13,813 nucleotides of DNA from an uncultured bacterium. GTDB lineage: Bacteria > Abyssobacteria > SURF-5. The notes below the pieces were generated by a model. The model had not been told where the DNA came from, did no database searches, and saw only the letters and a program-made list of their open reading frames with translations. Every line of letters starts with the position of its first letter. Position 1 is the stretch's first letter. A program made the translations under genes and the position numbers. Below, piece by piece: positions 7,741-13,813 of the stretch. Location: positions 1-13,813 of the forward strand of contig CAZEBC010000106.1 of NCBI GenBank assembly GCA_964510165.1, written 5' to 3'.

Positions 7741-7763
7741 GTGGGCGCATGGCGTGCGCCCAC
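7741..7763. repeat. GTGG-variant REP-like palindrome
   Basis: GTGGGCGCA-TGGCG-TGCGCCCAC; its reverse complement shares the GGGCGCACGCC-TGCGCCC core with 3994-4017. Confidence 0.7.
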
Positions 7764-7778
7764 TCCTGAAAGGGAACC

Positions 7779-8243
7779 ATGACGCTCAAATTCACCCGTA
7801 CAAAATACGTCGGCATCGAACGCCCGGCAAAGGATAGGGCCATCGCTCACGGTTTTCTCGACGACTACATCTACTCAATGGAACTCGATGTCGAATTCTC
7901 GCTCCCGGCCTACGAAATCATCAACATCACCGGCCGCATGAAGCGCTACACTACACCCGAATGTCCGCGCGCGAATGATATCCTCAAAAGCGCCATCGGC
8001 ATGCGGATCGAACCGGGGCTGACCGAGAAGGTGAAAAAGCAGATAGGACGCGCCGGCTGCCGACATTACGCGACGCTTCTCATGGAATGCTGCTACGCCG
8101 TGATTTCGGCTTCCATCAGCTTTGCGCGGCAGGACCTCGAGGATGAAGGCCTCTCGACCGGCGACGCCTCGGTCCGCAAACGCCTGCTCGAAATGCTCCC
8201 CAGCATTCAGGACCGATGCATGGTGTATGCAGGGCGAGATTGA
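7779..8243 (+). CDS. DUF2889-like protein (copy 2)
   Basis: FTRTK...LDDY...ELDV....YEI.NITG.MKRY..PECPRA..IL...IGMRIEPGLTEKVK..IGRAGCRHY.TLL.ECC...DRCMVY; colinear with copy 1. Confidence 0.75.
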   Translation: MTLKFTRTKYVGIERPAKDRAIAHGFLDDYIYSMELDVEFSLPAYEIINITGRMKRYTTPECPRANDILKSAIGMRIEPGLTEKVKKQIGRAGCRHYATLLMECCYAVISASISFARQDLEDEGLSTGDASVRKRLLEMLPSIQDRCMVYAGRD

Positions 8244-8280
8244 ATTGGGGACACCATACGGCATGGTGTCTGTTAACCAA
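8244..8280. repeat. Small intergenic hairpin repeat (GGGGACACCAT...ATGGTGTC type)
   Basis: GACACCAT-acggc-ATGGTGTC (8250-8270) within ATTGGGGACACCATAC...ATGGTGTCTGTTAACCAA. Confidence 0.5.
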
Positions 8281-8306
8281 GACGCGAATTCTGATTGGAG
8301 CACATC

Positions 8307-8936
8307 GTGAAGATCGATCTGCATGTGCACACTCACCCCGCATCCGCGTGCAGCAATATGACCGCCGATGACATGATCAAACACGCGAAGAATGTGGGAC
8401 TGGAGGCCGTCTGCCTCACCGAGCATAACCGCACCTGGGAGCCCGACGAAATCGCGCGACTGCGCGAGAAACACGATTTCTGCATCCTCCGCGCGATGGA
8501 AGTCACAACCAGGGACGGCGATGTCCTCGCGTTCGGAGTCTATGATGACATCAACGAGACCCTGACCGCCGCTGAGCTTCACCGGCGAGTGCACGAACTT
8601 GGCGGCTACGCGATAGCCGCACATCCGTTTCGAGGGTTCCTCCTCTTCAGCTTCGTGGACATCGCGCTCACGCCCCAGCGCGCGGCCATGCGCCCAATCT
8701 TCCAATCGGTCGACGCAATCGAGGCTTACAACTGTAAAGTGACTGAGCGCGAGACACGGCTGGCGGTTGAAACCGGCGCGCACCTGAGCCTGCCCTGCAC
8801 CGCCGGAAGTGATGCGCATACGCTGGCTGACGTCGGCAAATATCACACTGTTTTCGAAAATCAAATCACCACCGAGGAGGAACTTGTTCGCGAACTCCGT
8901 GCCGGCCGCTTCCGTCCGCAGGGGAACCAAACATGA
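8307..8936 (+). CDS. PHP-domain (polymerase/histidinol phosphatase-like) metallo-phosphoesterase
   Basis: DLHVHT, LTEHN, MEVTT, AAHPFR, IEAYN and GSDAH metal-binding motifs. GTG 8307 is preferred over TTG 8295 because GGAG sits 6 nt upstream. Confidence 0.9.
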   Translation: MKIDLHVHTHPASACSNMTADDMIKHAKNVGLEAVCLTEHNRTWEPDEIARLREKHDFCILRAMEVTTRDGDVLAFGVYDDINETLTAAELHRRVHELGGYAIAAHPFRGFLLFSFVDIALTPQRAAMRPIFQSVDAIEAYNCKVTERETRLAVETGAHLSLPCTAGSDAHTLADVGKYHTVFENQITTEEELVRELRAGRFRPQGNQT

Positions 8937-8943
8937 TATTCTC

Positions 8944-9012
8944 AACCACCAAGACACCAAGCACATCAAGAAGTCTTGGTGCTTCCTTTGTGCGCTTGGT
9001 GTCTTGGTGGTT
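8944..9012. repeat. Long inverted repeat built from ~9-bp CACCAAG units
   Basis: AACCACCAAGACACCAAGC (8944-8962) and GCTTGGTGTCTTGGTGGTT (8994-9012) are perfect 19-bp inverted arms, with further imperfect units inside. Confidence 0.85.
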
Positions 9013-9051
9013 AGGAACAATCCTAACTCGCTTCACTCCCGGAGAAATACA

Positions 9052-9831
<780 letters not shown>

Positions 9832-9848
9832 TCAGAACCTATAAGGGC

Positions 9849-9866
9849 GTCACGCCTTGGCGTGAC
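9849..9866. repeat. Short perfect palindrome (REP-like) upstream of coaE
   Basis: GTCACGCC-TT-GGCGTGAC. Confidence 0.55.
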
Positions 9867-9889
9867 TGCGCCTGTGTGGGAACCGAGCT

Positions 9890-10501
9890 ATGATCATCGT
9901 TGGCCTCACCGGGGGAATCGCAACCGGCAAGAGCAGCATCGCCGCCATGTTCGCCAAACGCGGCGCGTATATCCTCGACTTCGACGAACTCGCGCATCTC
10001 GTGGTTGAGCCGGACAGGCCCGCGTGGAAAGACATCGTCGATTTCTTCGGCTCTTCAATCCTGAAAGAGGACCGCACCCTTGACCGACCAAAGCTGGGAA
10101 AGATCGTGTTCTCCGACGCCGAGAAACGGAAAACACTCCAGCAATTCATCTATCCGCGCATCTCGGAAGAATACCTCCGACGCGTTCAAGAGATTGCCGA
10201 AGAAGACGCCGACCCCATAGTGCTCGCGGATGTGCCGCTCCTCATCGAACAGCATATGCAGCCCATGTTCGCGAAAATAATTTTGGTCTATGCAACACGG
10301 GAGCAACAGATCAAGCGCTTGACCGAACGCGACGGCCTCGCCCTCGAAGACGCCCTCAAACGACTCGCGGCTCAAATGCCCATCGACGACAAGCTCAAGT
10401 ACGCCGACTACGTGATCCGCAACACCGGCTCGCTCCAGGAATCCGAAGCCCAAGTGGAGGAAATCTGGAGGGACCTGAGAGCACGACGCAGTCCGGCATA
10501 G
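9890..10501 (+). CDS. coaE: Dephospho-CoA kinase
   Basis: IVGLTGGIATGKS P-loop, LDRPKLGKIVFSD, DVPLLIE, RLTERDG, RLAAQMP, ADYVIRN. Confidence 0.96.
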   Translation: MIIVGLTGGIATGKSSIAAMFAKRGAYILDFDELAHLVVEPDRPAWKDIVDFFGSSILKEDRTLDRPKLGKIVFSDAEKRKTLQQFIYPRISEEYLRRVQEIAEEDADPIVLADVPLLIEQHMQPMFAKIILVYATREQQIKRLTERDGLALEDALKRLAAQMPIDDKLKYADYVIRNTGSLQESEAQVEEIWRDLRARRSPA

Positions 10502-10535
10502 CACGACCCGAAGACTCCCAACCGCCAACCAACAA

Positions 10536-10599
10536 AGAGCACAAAGAAACTCACAAGGAGTTTGGCGCTTTCTTTATGCCCTTGGAGACTTAGTGCTCT
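10536..10599. repeat. Degenerate inverted repeat of the CAC(A/T)AAG 9-bp-unit type
   Basis: AGAGCACAAAGAAACTCACAAGG ... CCTTGGAGACTTAGTGCTCT; resembles the element at 8944-9012. Confidence 0.55.
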
Positions 10600-10648
10600 G
10601 ATTCATAATTGCCCTCATGAATTCTTGTCCAACGACGCGCCCACTGAA

Positions 10649-10678
10649 TGTGGGGGCGGTTCGCGAACCGCCCCCACA
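10649..10678. repeat. Perfect 30-bp REP-like palindrome
   Basis: TGTGGGGGCGGTTCG|CGAACCGCCCCCACA. Confidence 0.8.
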
Positions 10679-10793
10679 GCAACTGGCCGAAATGGTTACA
10701 AAATTTGCGGAATCCTATACTTCGTTGGTCAAACGCATGTTGGGTTCACGGGTTCGCCGTGATGTGATCTCCTGATTCCCTTTTATCCCCTTC

Positions 10794-10815
10794 TCTGAAC
10801 GGCGTTCAGAAAAAA
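10794..10815 (-). other. Short hairpin next to an A-tract; possible operator or weak terminator
   Basis: TCTGAAC-ggc-GTTCAGA followed by AAAAA. Confidence 0.3.
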
Positions 10816-10887
10816 TATTTGGCTCAGTAAGCCCATGATACGAGACGATTTGCAAATGAAAACGGCGACTATTGCCCAAAAATGGGC

Positions 10888-10916
10888 TTGACAAAGCCTA
10901 TGTCATATGGTAAGTT
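10888..10916 (+). promoter_or_regulatory. Sigma70 promoter of the merR-Rieske operon
   Basis: TTGACA (10888-10893), 17 bp, TAAGTT (10911-10916), extended -10 TG at 10908-10909. A TGACA-N7-TGTCA dyad overlaps the -35. Confidence 0.75.
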
Positions 10917-10925
10917 ATGGACGCT

Positions 10926-10946
10926 GTAAACAGTTCAACTGTTAAC
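10926..10946. promoter_or_regulatory. Palindromic putative operator just downstream of the predicted start site
   Basis: GTAAACAGTT-C-AACTGTTAAC; 9 of 10 bp symmetric, core AACAGTT-C-AACTGTT perfect. Confidence 0.6.
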
Positions 10947-10993
10947 TACGTGCTGGCTTTCACGACGCTACATCACAGACGCCTTGAAATCCT

Positions 10994-11755
10994 ATGACTA
11001 CTCCGTCTGCCAGACAAAGGCCTGCTCCGCGTGAGAAGTTTCTGAAGATGCGCGAGCTGTCACGACTAACCGGCCTTCCGCCGGGCACGATCCGCTACTA
11101 TATCAATGAGGGACTCCTGCCGAAGCCCCACAAGACGCATCGCAACATGGCGTACTACGACTCGGGCTACGTCGAACGCATCAAGCTGATTCGAGAGCTT
11201 CAGGAGAAGCGTTACCTGCCGCTGGGGATCATCAAGCGGATGCTGGAGCAAAACGAGAGTGCGATGGAGCGTGAGGAGGTCAAGACGCTGCTTGAACTCG
11301 AGGGCAAGCTCTTCAAGAACATATCAGCGCTGCCCAAGTTCAACCCGCCGAACATCCATGAACTCAGTTCACGAATGGACATCGCCGTTGACGATATCCG
11401 TGAATTGGAGCGTATTGGTGTTGTCGCAAGCGACAAAGCCGGCTTGTATGATGAAGACTCGGTCAGGGTCATCGAAATATTGAAGAAACTGCGCGATTCA
11501 GGCTACACACGCGAGGCCGGATTTACGGGCGATTTCCTCAGGACGTATAAGGAGTTCATTGAGGTTCTGGCCCGACAGGAAGTGCGGCTGTTTTCCAAGG
11601 CCGTCACCGGCAAGATGCCCTTTGACGACATGGTGAAAATGGCCGAGACCGGCATCAACCTGCTGAATACCTTGATCGGGATACTGAGAAAGCGGCTGAT
11701 TCTCAAGATAAGCCGCGAACTCGATAGAGAACAGCCTGACGGCGCGCCTCGGTGA
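10994..11755 (+). CDS. MerR-family transcriptional regulator (long, Cys-free)
   Basis: LKMRELSRLTGLPPGTIRYYINEGLLPKP...NMAYYD...ERIKLIRELQEKRYLPLGIIK MerR HTH. A possible second degenerate HTH at IHELSSRMDIAVDDIRELERIGVV. Confidence 0.92.
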   Translation: MTTPSARQRPAPREKFLKMRELSRLTGLPPGTIRYYINEGLLPKPHKTHRNMAYYDSGYVERIKLIRELQEKRYLPLGIIKRMLEQNESAMEREEVKTLLELEGKLFKNISALPKFNPPNIHELSSRMDIAVDDIRELERIGVVASDKAGLYDEDSVRVIEILKKLRDSGYTREAGFTGDFLRTYKEFIEVLARQEVRLFSKAVTGKMPFDDMVKMAETGINLLNTLIGILRKRLILKISRELDREQPDGAPR

Positions 11756-12321
11756 ATAAGATGACAGAAGCCAGGTCACCAAACGGTGGCGATTCGCTCT
11801 TCCCCGGCATGAGCCGGCGCGAGTGGTTGCAACGCTCGCTTTCGATAGTGGGATGGGGAACCCTGTTCGGGCTTTCGGCCGCGGGCGCGGTTGAGACAGT
11901 CCGCTTCTTTTCTCCATCGGTGGTGTTCCATCCGCCCAGCACCTTCGAGATAGGAACCATTGACGACTTTGCGACAAGCGCCGACCCGGACACCCACGGA
12001 GTCATGCTTGTAGAGCCCAGATGGAAGACAGAGCACCGCTTTTTTGTGATTCGCGACCAATCGCGCATCTATGCCCTGTTTGCGCGCTGCACTCACTTGG
12101 GCTGTACGGTTAACTGGTTCCCGGGTTTGCACATATTCAAGTGTCCGTGTCATGGGAGTCAGTTCTACTCGAATGGGATCAATTTCGCCGGGCCTGCCCC
12201 TCGCCCGCTTGACCGGCTGAAAATATATCTGAACGCGCGGGGCAACCTTGAGGTTGACACTGCCGCGGTGTATGACATAAACGAGTTCGAGAAACAAGAA
12301 GTGTACATCCGGGTCGGCTGA
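11752..12321 (+). CDS. Rieske [2Fe-2S] protein, QcrA/PetC-type, with Tat signal/anchor
   Basis: SRREWLQ twin-Arg followed by a hydrophobic helix; boxes CTHLGC and CPCHGSQF; GPAPRPL. GTG overlaps the merR stop (GTGA); alternative ATG at 11761. Confidence 0.93.
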   Translation: MNKMTEARSPNGGDSLFPGMSRREWLQRSLSIVGWGTLFGLSAAGAVETVRFFSPSVVFHPPSTFEIGTIDDFATSADPDTHGVMLVEPRWKTEHRFFVIRDQSRIYALFARCTHLGCTVNWFPGLHIFKCPCHGSQFYSNGINFAGPAPRPLDRLKIYLNARGNLEVDTAAVYDINEFEKQEVYIRVG

Positions 12322-12347
12322 CTCGTCTGGGGGCGCCGCAAAACAAT

Positions 12348-12623
12348 ATGGCCAAGAAGCAATTCGTCGCATTCATAAACGAGAACTGTACAGGCTGCGC
12401 CGGAACACCGATATGCATGATTTTCTGTCCGACCGATGGCGCGCTGGAGCAAGTGCACGACGACAGCAGTTTCCACTTTGAGCGAGTACAGGTGAATCCC
12501 GAGAAATGTGTAGGATGCCGGAGCTGCGTTACCAGGGGATACCTCGGTGCGCGCATCGAAGGCTGCCCGTGGAACGCCATCACAATGGTCCCTGTGGACG
12601 GCGCGGATAACGGTGAACTATGA
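12348..12623 (+). CDS. 2x[4Fe-4S] ferredoxin with inserted loops
   Basis: CTGC-x5-CMIFCP and CVGCRSC-x12-CPWNAI; 8 Cys, 91 aa, no signal peptide. Confidence 0.88.
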   Translation: MAKKQFVAFINENCTGCAGTPICMIFCPTDGALEQVHDDSSFHFERVQVNPEKCVGCRSCVTRGYLGARIEGCPWNAITMVPVDGADNGEL

Positions 12624-13696
12624 AAGCGATAGTCTTCGAGGAAACCAACAAGGTTGCACTGGCGGACGTTCCCAGACCCAAGATTCAGGACGCTGACGAC
12701 GCGGTCGTCAAGGTGACGCTGACGAGTATTTGCGGCAGCGACATCCACATGATCCGGGGAGCGGCCCCCATGATGCCGGGCGACGTGCTCGGCCACGAAT
12801 TCGTAGGAATCATCGAGGAACTGGGCGAACGCGTTGAAGGCTTCGAGGTCGGCGACCGCGTGGCCGTCGCCTGCACCGCCCAATGCGGAAAGTGCGAGAT
12901 GTGCCGAAGGGGACTGTTCGCCAAGTGTATAAAGGGCGGAGTCTTCGGGTGCGGCCCGGCGCTTGGAAACCTCGCGGGCGCGCAAGCCGAATATATCCGC
13001 GTGCCTTTCGCACAGGTCGGAATGAAGAAAATACCCAAGGGCCTCACCGACGAGCAAGCGCTTCTTGTGGGCGACATCCTGTCCACCGGTTATTTCGGGG
13101 TTACAAACGGAAGACTCGCGCCGGGCGACACAGTCGCAATATTCGGAGGCGGACCGGTGGGTTTATGCGCGACGGCCTGCGCGAGGCTGTTCAGCCCGTC
13201 AAAGCTGATAGTGGTCGATCCGATACCGTTCCGTCGCGAGATGGCAAAGAAACTGGGCGCAACTCACACGCTTGACCCCACGCAAGTCGACGCAGTCTAC
13301 GAGATACTGGAGCTCACCGGCGGCGCACCCAAAGACCTTCTGCAAATGTTCGCCAATCGAAGCGGTGCCGACCTCGTCATTGAGGCAGTCGGCATTAAGC
13401 CCACATTCGACGCCTGTTTCCAAGCGGTCCGCCCGGGCGGTTACGTCTCCATCATCGGCATATTCGAGGAGTCGCAGGAACTTCCGATGCTCCAATTGTC
13501 CGTCAAGAACATCGGTGTCACGATGGGCCTGGTCAACGTCGTCTACATGGACAGGCTCATCAAGATCATCGAGGCGGGCCTGCTCGATACAAGGCCGCTT
13601 ATCACTCACCGGATGCCGCTTGCAGAGGCCGTCAAGGGGTATGAAATGTTTGATAGAAAGCAGGACAACGTCATAAAAATAGCTCTCAAGCCCTGA
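12620..13696 (+). CDS. Zn-dependent medium-chain alcohol dehydrogenase (Cys-His-Asp catalytic Zn type), NAD-dependent
   Basis: ICGSDIH, GHEFVG, structural Zn C-x2-C-x2-C-x7-C (CGKCEMCRRGLFAKC), GDILSTG, GGGPVG, VVD. ATGA overlap with the ferredoxin. Confidence 0.95.
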   Translation: MKAIVFEETNKVALADVPRPKIQDADDAVVKVTLTSICGSDIHMIRGAAPMMPGDVLGHEFVGIIEELGERVEGFEVGDRVAVACTAQCGKCEMCRRGLFAKCIKGGVFGCGPALGNLAGAQAEYIRVPFAQVGMKKIPKGLTDEQALLVGDILSTGYFGVTNGRLAPGDTVAIFGGGPVGLCATACARLFSPSKLIVVDPIPFRREMAKKLGATHTLDPTQVDAVYEILELTGGAPKDLLQMFANRSGADLVIEAVGIKPTFDACFQAVRPGGYVSIIGIFEESQELPMLQLSVKNIGVTMGLVNVVYMDRLIKIIEAGLLDTRPLITHRMPLAEAVKGYEMFDRKQDNVIKIALKP

Positions 13697-13737
13697 GGGG
13701 CGAAACTGGTTCGGGGCCAGGATTCAAGGAGGATGAT

Positions 13738-13813
13738 ATGTCGGATTTCAGGTTCACAAGGCGGCAGTTCCTCAAGTTGACGGGAACGGCCACGCTGGCG
13801 CTTTCCCTGGATT
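13738..13813 (+). CDS. N-terminus of a Tat-exported protein (truncated by the window edge), possibly a molybdopterin oxidoreductase catalytic subunit
   Basis: AAGGAGG RBS (13726-13732), ATG 13738, MSDFRFTRRQFLKLTGTATLALSLD, a consensus S/T-RRxFLK Tat motif. Identity beyond 'Tat substrate' is inference. Confidence 0.8.
   Translation, partial: MSDFRFTRRQFLKLTGTATLALSLD

Noticed and set aside
7728-7781. In-frame DUF2889 copies as a TAG-readthrough (pyrrolysine) fusion
   Set aside because: A second in-frame stop (TGA 7767-7769) lies in the spacer.
8944-9012. CRISPR-like array
   Set aside because: The units are about 9 bp, inverted and lack unique spacers; no cas genes are present.
8809-9051. 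N-terminal extension of the DUF169 ORF (8809..9816)
   Set aside because: It overlaps the PHP gene and crosses the 8944-9012 inverted repeat. ATG 9052 has a GGAG RBS and starts the recognisable domain.
10562-10762. 66-aa ORF in the coaE-merR gap
   Set aside because: TTG start, composed largely of two palindromic repeats, and no protein-like features.

Overview
A 13.8 kb stretch of GC-rich bacterial chromosome whose gene content suggests an anaerobe; taxonomy cannot be assigned from sequence alone. From left to right: (1) a 3'-truncated secreted tandem PRC-barrel gene (minus strand, missed by the ORF track), divergent from an orphan NarL/LuxR response regulator with a degenerate receiver domain. 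(2) A UroD/MtaA-like Zn methyltransferase-family gene, converging on a GGCT-like gene and an SDR. (3) A TetR gene with a perfect sigma70 promoter and tandem palindromic operator, followed by an MFE-2-like (R)-hydratase and an LCAD-type acyl-CoA dehydrogenase. (4) A Cys-rich cluster of unknown function: 2x DUF2889-like, PHP hydrolase, DUF169-like and coaE. (5) A MerR-family regulator heading a tightly packed redox operon: Tat-exported Rieske protein, atypical 2x[4Fe-4S] ferredoxin, Zn alcohol dehydrogenase, and the start of another Tat substrate at the window edge. Most intergenic gaps carry short palindromic repeats from several families (GTAG/GTGG-REP-like and others). No rRNA, tRNA, CRISPR array or transposase was seen. 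The best candidates for undescribed systems are the MerR-Rieske-ferredoxin-ADH-Tat operon and the DUF2889-DUF2889-PHP-DUF169-CoaE cluster.
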